Source of the DNA: Xanthomonas campestris pv. campestris str. ATCC 33913 | GTDB lineage: Bacteria > Pseudomonadota > Gammaproteobacteria > Xanthomonadales > Xanthomonadaceae | Assembly (NCBI RefSeq): GCF_000007145.1 | Contig: NC_003902.1 | Location: forward strand, 637,436 to 669,435 | Direction of reading: 5' to 3' | DNA: 32,000 bases | Notes under the pieces: generated by a model | Seen by the model: the letters and a program-made list of their open reading frames with translations, nothing else | Told to the model about the DNA's origin: nothing | Database searches by the model: none | Translations under genes and position numbers: made by a program | Shown: positions 8,039-16,560 of the stretch, in pieces | Layout of the letters: every line of letters begins with the position of its first letter | How positions within the stretch are numbered: the stretch's first letter is position 1

Positions 8039-8168
8039 CGCTGGGCAGGCGCTTGCGCCGAACGGTCGGGGGGCCATCGGACAGGGGGGCGGCGATGCGG
8101 TGCATCGCTCGCAGGCGTCGTTGCAGTGGAACGCCACGCCGGCCATGCCGGCCTCTCCCGGGGATCTT

Positions 8169-11054
8169 ATGAACTGCCGCAGTCATCGCCTTGCCTTGTC
8201 GATTTCCCTCTCGCTCGCGCTGGGCGCCGCCGTGCAACCGGCCAGCGCTCAGCAAACCGACGCGGACAGCCCGCGTGCCACCTCCACCCTGGACGCCGTC
8301 AGCGTCACCGGTTCGCGCATCAAGCGGGCCCAGGTGGAAGGTGCGCAACCGGTGGTCACCATTTCCGCGCAGCAGATCCAGCAAGAAGGCTTCGCCACCG
8401 TCTACGACGTGCTCAACAGCATGAACCAGCAAGGCTCGGTGGAAGCCGACACGCAGTGGGGATCGCATACGCCCAATGCCTCGCCGATCAATCTGCGCGA
8501 CCTCGGCCCGGGGCGCACGCTGCTGCTGGTCAACGGCCGCCGCGTGGCCGACTACCCACTGCCCTACGGCGGCGAAAGCAACTTCTCCAACTACAGCAAT
8601 ATTCCCTCCGCCGCGGTGGAGCGCATCGAGATCCTCACCGGCGGCGCCTCGGCGATCTATGGCTCCGATGCCGTGGCCGGCGTGGTCAACGTGATCCTCA
8701 AGCGCGACTACCAGGGCGACCAGGTGCGCCTGCGCGGCGGCACCGCCACCGAGGGCGGCCGCGACAGTTTCGATGTGTCCTGGGCCGGTGGCCGCACCGG
8801 CGAGAACTGGAGCCTGACCTACGCGCTGCAGGCGACCCGGCGCGACCCACTGAGTGGGCGCGACCGCGCACAGATGGACGATTCGGACGACATGTCCTAT
8901 TCCAACTGGACCGGGCAAAACCGCCTGTACGGGTTCAACCCGTTCACCGGCCTGAGCCTGGTCGATGCCAACACCAACGAACGCCTGGCGCCGCCAGCGG
9001 GCACCTGCGCGCGCTTCGGTGGCGAATTCGTCGATGCCTCGCGGCTGAGCTACAACCAGAACAACGGCGCGCTCACCAACGCCGGCGATTATTGCGGCAT
9101 GGCGCGCGATTACGCGGACTGGGGCCTGGTCACCGGCAGCGAAGATTATTCGGCGTATCTCTACGGCACCTGGCGCTTCGGCGAGCACACCGAAGCCTGG
9201 GCCACGTTCTCGGCCAACCGCAGCATCGGCCGCTGGACCTACAACCCGCCGTACGCGTATCTGGGCCCGTTCCAGGATGCCGACACCGGCCGCTCGTTGT
9301 ATGCGATCCGCCAGATGACGCGCCGCGAGGCCGGTGGCTGGGACCGCCTGGCCAACTACAACAAGGAACAATCCTGGGACCTCAGCGCTGGCCTGCGCGG
9401 CGTGTGGGCCGACCGTTTCGATTGGGAACTGAGCGTGGGCCGCTCGCGCTACACCGTGGACGAATACGTGCGCACCGTGGACACCGCGCGCGCCACCGAC
9501 TATTTCCTCGGCAGCCCGTTGGGCACCGCCGCCGATGGCAGCGCCATCTATGCGGTCAACACCGCGCGCTGGTACGCGCCGCTGTCCTCGGAGCAATACG
9601 ATTCATTGGTGGTGAAGTCGCACAACTCGGCCTATTCGTGGGTGAATCAGGCCGCTTTCAGTCTCAGTGGCGATCTGTTCCAGGGCTGGGCCGGGCCGAT
9701 CCGCTTTGCCACCGTGGCCGAAGTGGCCAAGCAGGGCTACCAACTGTCGCCAGACCCGTGCGCCAACGCGTGTTACCCGGTGGACGTTGTCGACAGCGGC
9801 GGCGGCGAACGCCTGCGCAGTTCGGCCGGGCTGGAATTGCAGATCCCGCTATTGTCCACGCTAAGCGCCAATATCGCCGGCCGTTACGACCGCTATGGCA
9901 ATTACCGATCCTCGGCGGTGCAGACCGAAGTCGGCACGCAGAGCGACACCACCTGGAGCGCCGGCCTGGAGTGGCGGCCCATCGATAGCCTGCTGTTTCG
10001 CAGCACGCTGGCCACCAGCTTCCGCGCGCCGGACATGCATTACGTGCTCGGCGAACCCAGCTCCACCAACCAGACGGTGATCGACCAATACCGCTGCATT
10101 TCCTCCGGCGCGTATCTGACCGGCAGCTGCAATGACGAGAACAGCAACATCTACTACACCGTGGATGTAAACCGCCGCGGCACGCCGGATCTGCGCTCGG
10201 AAACCGGGCGTTCGTTCACCGGCGGCGTGGTGTGGGATATCGCGCAAGGCCTGTCGTTGAGCGTGGATTACTACCGCATCCAACTGGAGGAAATGATCAA
10301 GGATCTGGATCGCGACGAGATCCTGTCGGCCGAAGCCGGCTGCCGCACCGGCACCACCGTCAGCGGCGGCGCCTGGAACAATCCGGGCGGGGCAGGCTAT
10401 TGCGACACCATCACCTCGCGCGTGCTGCGCAATGCCGACGGCACCATCGCCAGCATCGAGCGTGGCCCGATCAATCTGGCGCAGATGGAAACCTCCGGCA
10501 TCGACGCATCGCTGAAATACCGCCTGAGCACCGCCGGCTGGGGCAACTTCCAGTTGTCGCTGGATTACAACACCCTGATCGCCTACCGCGAGCAGATCTA
10601 CCGCACCGACAGCGACGAAAACCGCCGCGACGAACGCGTGCGCAGCCGCGTGCGTGGCAGCGTGCATTGGGACAACGGCGGCGCCTGGGACTGGACGGTG
10701 TATTTCCGCCGGCTCGGTTCGATGCGTGCGGTCAACTGGGGCACCTGCGCACGCTTCGACGACGGCTACCAGCCCAGCGCCGCCGACGAATGCCTGGTGA
10801 CCGATACCGCCAACGTGCATCTGGGCGAGACCAGCAAGCGCTACTTTGGCCGCGTGGGCCCGGCGATCTACTGGAACCTGAGCACCGGCTACAAAATCAC
10901 CGACCACGCCAAGGTCAACTTCTACGTCAACAATGTGTTCAACGAGGTGGGTTACGAGAACAAGGAGCGCTTCTACGGCTACGGGTTCTACAACACCACG
11001 CTGTTCAACCCGATCGGCCGCGAAGTGGCGGCGGAGTATGTGTTTACGTTCTGA
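8169..11054 (+). CDS. TonB-dependent outer-membrane receptor (961 aa)
   Basis: Signal peptide MNCRSHRLALSISLSLALGAAVQPASA. TonB-box/plug region LDAVSVTGSRIKRAQ...ISAQQIQQEG...LRDLGPGRTLLLVNGRR. Beta-barrel repeats, and a C-terminal AAEYVFTF ending in Phe. Start moved from 8100 to the ATG that gives a canonical signal peptide. Confidence 0.9.
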   Translation: MNCRSHRLALSISLSLALGAAVQPASAQQTDADSPRATSTLDAVSVTGSRIKRAQVEGAQPVVTISAQQIQQEGFATVYDVLNSMNQQGSVEADTQWGSHTPNASPINLRDLGPGRTLLLVNGRRVADYPLPYGGESNFSNYSNIPSAAVERIEILTGGASAIYGSDAVAGVVNVILKRDYQGDQVRLRGGTATEGGRDSFDVSWAGGRTGENWSLTYALQATRRDPLSGRDRAQMDDSDDMSYSNWTGQNRLYGFNPFTGLSLVDANTNERLAPPAGTCARFGGEFVDASRLSYNQNNGALTNAGDYCGMARDYADWGLVTGSEDYSAYLYGTWRFGEHTEAWATFSANRSIGRWTYNPPYAYLGPFQDADTGRSLYAIRQMTRREAGGWDRLANYNKEQSWDLSAGLRGVWADRFDWELSVGRSRYTVDEYVRTVDTARATDYFLGSPLGTAADGSAIYAVNTARWYAPLSSEQYDSLVVKSHNSAYSWVNQAAFSLSGDLFQGWAGPIRFATVAEVAKQGYQLSPDPCANACYPVDVVDSGGGERLRSSAGLELQIPLLSTLSANIAGRYDRYGNYRSSAVQTEVGTQSDTTWSAGLEWRPIDSLLFRSTLATSFRAPDMHYVLGEPSSTNQTVIDQYRCISSGAYLTGSCNDENSNIYYTVDVNRRGTPDLRSETGRSFTGGVVWDIAQGLSLSVDYYRIQLEEMIKDLDRDEILSAEAGCRTGTTVSGGAWNNPGGAGYCDTITSRVLRNADGTIASIERGPINLAQMETSGIDASLKYRLSTAGWGNFQLSLDYNTLIAYREQIYRTDSDENRRDERVRSRVRGSVHWDNGGAWDWTVYFRRLGSMRAVNWGTCARFDDGYQPSAADECLVTDTANVHLGETSKRYFGRVGPAIYWNLSTGYKITDHAKVNFYVNNVFNEVGYENKERFYGYGFYNTTLFNPIGREVAAEYVFTF

Positions 11055-11125
11055 GTGAAGGTGGTGCCGCATCGCACGTCACGGTATTGCACCGCGGCGT
11101 GTGGTGCGGTGTTGATGCCACATGG

Positions 11126-12484
11126 TCAGGCAAGGCGTGATGCGGTTCGACGCAAGCTTGCCAACGCGCGCGTGGCAATGCCGCGCATCTGTTCGCTCAG
11201 AGTGTCGTCGTCGATCGCATGTTGCCAGAACTGCTCGGCCATTCCGGCAGCGCGCCGCCATTGGGCGAATTGATCCACGGTGGGCGGCGGAATCTCGATG
11301 TCTCTGTGCACGACTTCGCCACTGGATGCCGGGCGCAGCGCCATCGGCAACATGTCGTACACCGGGGCAAGCTGCAGGGGCAGGGTATCGGCGAGTACCA
11401 GTGCGGCATTGCCCAGGTGCATGTCGGTATTGCCGATGAGGGTCCCGAACCAGCTGATCACTTCCAGGCGCTCGGCGTCTTCCGGGCTCAGCCAGCCATC
11501 GCGTTTGAGTAGTGGAGCAAGTGTTCGCCAGGTGCTGACGTTTGCGTCGCCATAAAAGGACGCAAACAGCGACATCAGCGAGACGAATCCGCGTCGGCCT
11601 AACGCAGCAGTCCGATCGAAGCGTGTCGATTCGAGAAAGACGCGCCCGCCTGCCTGCAGTACCTGTGTTGCCGCAGCAGGGATGCCGGCGGCAACGAGAA
11701 TCTGGCTGGCCAACCATTCCATCTGTAAAAGATCCGCCCAGCGCCGGCCGGTGGGTTGATCGATCTGATCGGTGAACTTGACGATCACGGGTCGGTATGC
11801 TTCGCGTTCCTTCAGCACTGCGGTGAACTTCGGCTGTTTGCCGGCGGCAGACGAGCCAACGGCCTCGCCGCGCAATGCAGCTTCGGCGCGACTGAGATAT
11901 TCCTCGGTGCGTGCCTGCGTGGCGATAACTTCAGGGTGTTCGATCGCCGCCAAAGCCAGAGCCAGTGCGCGCTCGCCGATCAGCAGATCGCCAGGCTGGT
12001 CGTGACCAACCGACAGCATGGCCACAAGGTTGTCCCTGGGCGACCACAGCGCCAAGTTGTCCGGAAGGCGCAACGGCGCAGAAATACGGTGTGCCAGGTT
12101 GCGACCAAGAAATCCCTGCGGCCTTTGGTCGTCTATAAACCAGGGCAGCGATGCGAACACGCCGGTGTCCAATGGCGAATGCAATAGAACGGGGTTGTCC
12201 TGCAAAAGTTCGACAAAGAAGTGGTCGTCGTGGAGTGCCAATAGTTGGCCCAGCGGTATGACGCGGGCATCGTGATCAATCCGATAGAGCGGCCACATAC
12301 GCTCGCCCCGCAGTTCACCGGTGGCCGCGTAGCCGGTGCTGCGCGCCCTGCCATAACGCAGCACCGCAGGGCCTGCATCTGCGACTAGGCGAGACAGAGT
12401 CGGCCGGCTCACGCCCACGCGCACCGCCAACTCGGCCCCACGCATGGGGCCGTTGACGCGCAGCGTGGTGATCAGGCGCTCCAC
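11126..12484 (-). CDS. HipA-family Ser/Thr kinase with fused N-terminal HTH domain (YjjJ/HipH-type, monocistronic)
   Basis: N-terminus MRGAELAVRVGVSRPTLSRLVADAG is HTH-like. Gly-rich loop GSSAAGKQPKF (compare HipA SxAGxQxK). Catalytic GNTDMHLGNAAL (DxHxxN). PVYDMLPM (Mg-binding Asp). GTG start as listed, with an alternative ATG 13 codons in. Confidence 0.75.
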   Translation of the reverse strand: MERLITTLRVNGPMRGAELAVRVGVSRPTLSRLVADAGPAVLRYGRARSTGYAATGELRGERMWPLYRIDHDARVIPLGQLLALHDDHFFVELLQDNPVLLHSPLDTGVFASLPWFIDDQRPQGFLGRNLAHRISAPLRLPDNLALWSPRDNLVAMLSVGHDQPGDLLIGERALALALAAIEHPEVIATQARTEEYLSRAEAALRGEAVGSSAAGKQPKFTAVLKEREAYRPVIVKFTDQIDQPTGRRWADLLQMEWLASQILVAAGIPAAATQVLQAGGRVFLESTRFDRTAALGRRGFVSLMSLFASFYGDANVSTWRTLAPLLKRDGWLSPEDAERLEVISWFGTLIGNTDMHLGNAALVLADTLPLQLAPVYDMLPMALRPASSGEVVHRDIEIPPPTVDQFAQWRRAAGMAEQFWQHAIDDDTLSEQMRGIATRALASLRRTASRLA

Positions 12485-12500
12485 ACAGCTATACGGGGCA

Positions 12501-12535
12501 TGAAACGCAGCTTTTGAAACGATGTCTGAAACGAT
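12501..12535. repeat. Three direct TGAAACG repeats (two extended to TGAAACGAT) in the kinase upstream region
   Basis: TGAAACG at 12501, 12515 and 12527. Located 17-51 nt upstream of the GTG start, between it and the IS3 end. Confidence 0.5.
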
Positions 12536-12621
12536 ACTAAGCCGTAAGAAATTCTACGTGACCTGCCCCCGCTGAGCCGTACCACGTGAAGCTGTAAAGT
12601 CCGTCAACCACGAGGACGGAC

Positions 12622-12888
12622 ATGAAGAAGAGTCGTTTCACCACCGAGCAGATCATCGGATTCATCAAGCAGGCGGATGCCGGGATGGCGGTGGCTGAGC
12701 TGTGCCGCCAGCACGGTTTCAGCCCGGCCAGCTTCTACCAGTGGCGGGCCAAGTACGGCGGCATGGAGGCCGAAGACGCGAAGCGCCTGAAGGAGCTGGA
12801 GCAGGAGAACAACCGCCTGAAGCGGTTGCTGGCCGAGGCGCACCTGGACATCGAGGCGCTGAAGGTCGGGTTCGGGGTAAAACGCTAG
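12622..12888 (+). CDS. IS3-family transposase OrfA (HTH, leucine zipper)
   Basis: MKKSRFTTEQIIGFIKQADAGMAVAELCRQHGFSPASFYQWRAKYGGMEAEDAKRLKELEQENNRLKRLLAEAHLDIEALK is the classic IS3 OrfA pattern. Confidence 0.9.
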   Translation: MKKSRFTTEQIIGFIKQADAGMAVAELCRQHGFSPASFYQWRAKYGGMEAEDAKRLKELEQENNRLKRLLAEAHLDIEALKVGFGVKR

Positions 12889-13244
12889 CCCCGCAACGCA
12901 AGCGCGAGGCAATCCGGCGCATGTGCGAGCTGACGTCGATCAGCGAGCGCCGGGCTTGTCGCCTTGCGGGGATCTCCCGCGATGCTTTCCGCCACGCGCC
13001 GACACCCACGCCGGCGACGCAAACCCTGTCGGCCAGACTGGTGGAACTGGCGCAGGCGCGTCGCCGCTTCGGCTATCGCCGCCTGCACGACCTGCTGCGC
13101 CCGGAGTTTCCGCAGGTGAACCATAAGAAGATCTACCGTCTGTACCGCGAGGCGAAGCTGAGCGTGCGCCGGCGCAAGAAGGCCAAGTTCCCGGCGGCAC
13201 AGCGGCAGCCGTTACGGCCAGCGCGGCATCCCAACGAGGTAATC
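12876..13244 (+). pseudogene. IS3-family transposase OrfB, N-terminal fragment only (DDE domain missing)
   Basis: The -1 frame relative to orfA reads GKTLAPQRKREAIRRMCELTSISERRACRLAGISRDAF...YRRLHDLLRPEFPQVNHKKIYRLYREAKLSVRRRKK. It is cut at the IS5 inverted repeat. Confidence 0.8.
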
Positions 13245-14752
13245 AGTCGCCCCTGAAAAACCCCCTTCAAGCACCAAGTGTCATCGGCGACAGCGGCACG
13301 GCGCTAAAGGATGGCCATCCCATCGCCCGCATCCAGGCACGCAAAAACGCGATCCAGCGCAGCAGCCAGCGCAGGTTGTAGCCGGCGGCGCAGCCGAGTA
13401 CGTGCAGCGCATCGCCTTGTGCACCTTTCAGCCTGCAGCGACGCAACCTGCAGTCGTCTTTCAGATGTCCGATCACCGGTTCCACCGCCTGCCGTCGTTT
13501 GATCCAGCGCCATTGCCGTCGCGTCAGCGTCTTGGCCTTGCCACGATGGAGCACCTGCACGCCATCGACCTCGCGCCCGCGATAGCCCAGGTCCACGATC
13601 GCCACCGTCGGTTCTACGCTCAGATCCTGCAGCAACCCGCGTGTCTGCTCCAGCTGCTCGGCCAAGGTGTCGCCGTCGTACGGGTTGCCCGGGAAGCTAC
13701 GCGCACCCACGACCAATCCCTTGCAGGCGGTGACCGCAATGCCGACCTTGACGCCGAATTCGTACGCTTGACGCGCCTTGCCCTTACCGATGCATTCCAC
13801 TTCCGGGGCATGCAATGCGTACAGTTTTTGTTTGTCCTTCGGACGCTGCGTGTACAGCCGTTGCGCACGTTCCAGCCAGACCGCGATGCGCTCGCGCACG
13901 CCGGGTTCCACCTGGTCCAGCTTGCGCGCGATATCGCGCAACACCCGCCCCAAGACCGTGCGTTGACGTCGCAGCACGCGCTGCATGCGCTTGAACTGGC
14001 GTGCATGCGCATAGCGGCCCGCCTTGCGGCTCAGGGCCGGACCTTGCCGTGCGTAGCTCTGCCGCAACCCGATGCCGTAACGCTTGGCCAGCAGCACCAG
14101 TTTCTTGCGTGCCACCTCCAGCAACCGACTATCGGTCGGATAGGCAATCGCCTTTTCCTGCACCGTGGTGTCCACGATCACCCGCGACAACTCGCGTGCG
14201 TCCACCGCCTGCATGGCATGTGCAGCGTTGATGGTGTGTGCCAGCAACTCTTCCATCCCCGCTTCGTCAAGCCGCTGACGCCAGCGCGTCAGCGAGCTGG
14301 CATCGCACGGCAAGCGCGTCTGGAACACGACCTCGCCAGTGAAAAACTGCCAATACGGATTTTCCAGCCAACGCTCGCACACCGCCTCATCGGACAGGTC
14401 GTAGGCGTGTTTGAGGTAGAGCAAACCGGCGATCAGCCGCACCGGCAATGCCGGCCGACCGCCACCAGCCTGGGTGGCCGGCAAGCGCGATGAAAGTGCT
14501 TGCTCCAACGCCGTCCACGGCATCCGTTGGCTCAGCTGCGCCAGCGGATGCCGCAGATCGATCTGGTTCTCCAGGCGCGAACGAAACAACTCCTCGGCAG
14601 GCATGTGCTCGGCAGCAGGACGGCGTGTATGCATGAGTGGAAATTGCCAGAAACCAGCCTTCAGCGTAGCGAAAACTGGTAGTTCTGGCACGCCACTGCA
14701 GACATCAAGGCCTTGCGGGCGTTGGGTGATTGGGGGTTTTTCAGGGGCGACT
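13245..14752 (-). mobile_element. Complete IS5-family insertion sequence (1508 bp) with 21-bp perfect terminal inverted repeats
   Basis: AGTCGCCCCTGAAAAACCCCC at 13245-13265 is the exact reverse complement of 14732-14752. One transposase gene lies inside. No matching direct repeat flanks the ends. Confidence 0.85.
13267..14634 (-). CDS. IS5-family DDE transposase (455 aa)
   Basis: Start moved to MHTRRPAAEHMPAEELFRSRLENQIDLRHPL so that it lies inside the IS. InsH-type N-terminal domain (GRPALPVRLIAGLLYLKHAYDLSDEAVCERWLENPYWQFF). DDE region (VIVDTTVQEKAIAYPTDSRLL, VAIVDLGYRG, IGHLKDDCRLRRCRLKG). Confidence 0.9.
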   Translation of the reverse strand: MHTRRPAAEHMPAEELFRSRLENQIDLRHPLAQLSQRMPWTALEQALSSRLPATQAGGGRPALPVRLIAGLLYLKHAYDLSDEAVCERWLENPYWQFFTGEVVFQTRLPCDASSLTRWRQRLDEAGMEELLAHTINAAHAMQAVDARELSRVIVDTTVQEKAIAYPTDSRLLEVARKKLVLLAKRYGIGLRQSYARQGPALSRKAGRYAHARQFKRMQRVLRRQRTVLGRVLRDIARKLDQVEPGVRERIAVWLERAQRLYTQRPKDKQKLYALHAPEVECIGKGKARQAYEFGVKVGIAVTACKGLVVGARSFPGNPYDGDTLAEQLEQTRGLLQDLSVEPTVAIVDLGYRGREVDGVQVLHRGKAKTLTRRQWRWIKRRQAVEPVIGHLKDDCRLRRCRLKGAQGDALHVLGCAAGYNLRWLLRWIAFLRAWMRAMGWPSFSAVPLSPMTLGA

Positions 14753-14781
14753 AACCACTGTTCGCCGCAACTGAGTATCTG

Positions 14782-15339
14782 ATGCCACTTCTCCTCGCTA
14801 TTCCGCTGGCCGTGATCATCGCTCTGGCGGTATTCGCGGTGCTGTTTCCGTTGTCGCTGGTGCAGCGCTTCCGTGTCGGTACTGCGCGGCGACAGGCCCG
14901 CGGATGGTTGTTGATGATCAATCTGGCCTCGGCTGCGCTCTCCAACGTGTTGTTCGTCATTTTCGCGCTGGTTGCCGCCGCGTTCTGGCCCTGCGCGATC
15001 AGCCATGCCGCATTCGGCTGGGCCTGCGGGCTGGCCTTGGGTCTGCTGGCGTTGCGGTTGACCCGCTTCGAACGTACGCAGCAGGGCCTGTTTTACCGGC
15101 CCAATTTGTGGCTGGTGCTAGCAGTGACGGCGTTGGTGGTGGTACGCGTCATCTCCGGCATGGTGCAGGGCTGGCGCAGCGCATGGCAAGGTGTGGTGTG
15201 GCCTACGGAGGGCTGGCTTAGTCATGCCAGCCTGCTGGGCGCGGCCGGCGTATTGCTCGGTTATGCACTCGCGTATGCCACCTTGCTGTGGTGGCGTTGG
15301 CGCAGCGCGAGCCTGCGCGGTAGCGTTTACTGGCGGTGA
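14782..15339 (+). CDS. Hypothetical integral membrane protein (185 aa, about 5 TM segments)
   Basis: Hydrophobic segments throughout (LLLAIPLAVIIALAVFAVLF, LLMINLASAALSNVLFVIFALVAAAF, etc.). High-GC codon usage. An in-frame stop sits at the IS junction, 30 nt upstream. Confidence 0.6.
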   Translation: MPLLLAIPLAVIIALAVFAVLFPLSLVQRFRVGTARRQARGWLLMINLASAALSNVLFVIFALVAAAFWPCAISHAAFGWACGLALGLLALRLTRFERTQQGLFYRPNLWLVLAVTALVVVRVISGMVQGWRSAWQGVVWPTEGWLSHASLLGAAGVLLGYALAYATLLWWRWRSASLRGSVYWR

Positions 15340-15342
15340 TCC

Positions 15343-15383
15343 TGTTACTGCCAGCCCTCTCGGCGCTGGCAGTAACAATTTTC
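15343..15383 (+). terminator. Rho-independent terminator after the membrane protein gene
   Basis: tgttactgccagc-cctctcggc-gctggcagtaaca (13-bp stem) followed by attttc. Confidence 0.7.
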
Positions 15384-15395
15384 AAGTATGCCTTA

Positions 15396-15971
15396 TTAAT
15401 TAAATGCTTCCGCAGCTTTAAGCATCTGTGCGTCTGCTGGCGCTATGCGAATGGCACTTAGGCAATCTGGGGAGGTTTCTGGGAACGAAAACTCCATCTT
15501 CTCCTGATTTTTAATAACGGCCAGAGTCAATGTTTCTGAACTACTCTGTCCTCTCGGAATATTTGAAATCAGATAATTCGGATATCGAATCTTGAAGTCC
15601 TGACGAGAAACGCAGGAACCTTCCAGATTGAGTAGGACTGACTCGATCTTTTTCTTATCGGCCGATATGAAGATGGAAGAGTCCTTAGCAGTTAGGTGAT
15701 CACCTAATTTTAATGTTCCTCCGCTGACGTTGTACATGCCTTCGTTTTCTGAATTTGGCGTCGAAATTCTGGCTCCAGGCCATGAATTAATAAATTCAGA
15801 GGGTGATTTTTTGAGATTTCTCGAAATTTCTTCGGCTAGTTCAAACGCACGAGCAGCATCCGCTGCTGTCGCTGCTGAAATTTTAGTTGCATATGCTGAA
15901 GGTGCAATCAAAGCAGCAAGGAGTGTTATTATAAAGTAGGGATATGATGATCTGTTAAGGAAGTTTGTCAT
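15396..15971 (-). CDS. Secreted/periplasmic hypothetical protein (191 aa), candidate inhibitor or immunity partner of the upstream metallopeptidase
   Basis: Start placed at ATG 15971, with GGAGAG 6 nt upstream inside the preceding gene. Signal peptide MTNFLNRSSYPYFIITLLAALIAPSAYA|TK. Overlaps the upstream stop codon (15955-15957). About 40% GC. Confidence 0.65.
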   Translation of the reverse strand: MTNFLNRSSYPYFIITLLAALIAPSAYATKISAATAADAARAFELAEEISRNLKKSPSEFINSWPGARISTPNSENEGMYNVSGGTLKLGDHLTAKDSSIFISADKKKIESVLLNLEGSCVSRQDFKIRYPNYLISNIPRGQSSSETLTLAVIKNQEKMEFSFPETSPDCLSAIRIAPADAQMLKAAEAFN

Positions 15972-16560
15972 ACTGCTCTCCATAATATACGTTATAGTTC
16001 TGTCCTGTGGTTGAGGTTATGTTATTTGCGCAGAACGATTTTCCAACATTTGATGCGACATTAGGTCCTCCAGCAGAGTAAATCCCGAAAAGCTGATCGG
16101 GATTTGATGCTGCAAGCTTAATGTCTATGCTATTTTGAGTGGAAATCGATATTTCATTCCTTGCAACTATGTTATTTGTTACGGCAAGTCCTTCCATCTT
16201 GCATGCTTCATCTATATATGCTTGCCGAGTCGTTTTGGCAAACGAATAGTTGAATTTCACATGGCCAAACTCATGGGCTAGGACTGAGACTGTAAAATAC
16301 ATGCCCGGCATATCTTGACTCGCGCAGCTATAATTGCGGATATATACAATTTTATTTGGCATGTCCGTATAGCTGGCCGAGCCGTAAGCGATCTTAAAAG
16401 TAGTGTTGGTGTTTATTTGTCCGGTAAGTGTCGTTGATTGGGAAGTTATGAAGTCAATGCAGGTTCCAAGTCCTGTGGTAGGGACAGTTGTCTGAGCCTG
16501 AGTTCCAAAGGATACGAGTGCGAGAAGAAATATCGCCATTGCATGGCATCTTATGTGCAT
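15955..16560 (-). CDS. Secreted small HExxH zinc metallopeptidase-like protein (201 aa)
   Basis: SD GGAGAT 5 nt before the ATG. Signal peptide ...MAIFLLALVSFGTQA|QTT. HEFGH motif with a downstream acidic candidate third ligand (YIDEACKMEG). Four Cys residues. About 40% GC in a 65% GC context. Confidence 0.7.
   Translation of the reverse strand: MHIRCHAMAIFLLALVSFGTQAQTTVPTTGLGTCIDFITSQSTTLTGQINTNTTFKIAYGSASYTDMPNKIVYIRNYSCASQDMPGMYFTVSVLAHEFGHVKFNYSFAKTTRQAYIDEACKMEGLAVTNNIVARNEISISTQNSIDIKLAASNPDQLFGIYSAGGPNVASNVGKSFCANNITSTTGQNYNVYYGEQYDKLP

Larger units (their letters stand above)
12559..13244 (+). mobile_element. IS3-family (IS407-like) element, 3'-truncated
   Basis: Left end starts TGACCTGCCCCC, 63 bp before orfA. 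orfA is followed by orfB in the -1 frame. orfB stops abruptly at ...RPARHPNEV, where the next IS begins. No right inverted repeat is present. Confidence 0.8.

Noticed and set aside
8040-8168. Possible cobalamin or TPP riboswitch in front of the TonB-dependent receptor.
   Set aside because: I could not find a B12-box-like core (GCCACTG context) or the TPP CTGAGA...ACCTGATCTGGATAATGCCAGCG core. Only generic GC hairpins are present. The region is kept as a low-interest finding to be scanned with Infernal.
7941-9596. Long minus-strand ORF (551 aa) antisense to the TonB-dependent receptor. Similar long antisense or off-frame ORFs occur at 3010-4653(+), 3485-4924(-), 9861-11072(-), 17483-18757(-), 18962-20956(-), 21329-23749(-), 23458-25176(-), 28307-29506(-) and 29455-30927(-).
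   Set aside because: Their translations are low-complexity R/A/G/P-rich strings with no motifs. Each lies opposite, or out of frame with, a gene that has strong family signatures. High GC suppresses stop codons on non-coding frames.
13267-15006. The transposase ORF as listed (579 aa) extends 370 nt beyond the IS5 end and overlaps the membrane-protein gene.
   Set aside because: The extension crosses the 21-bp terminal inverted repeat at 14732-14752 and translates to junk. The conserved InsH-type N-terminus begins at the Met at 14634.
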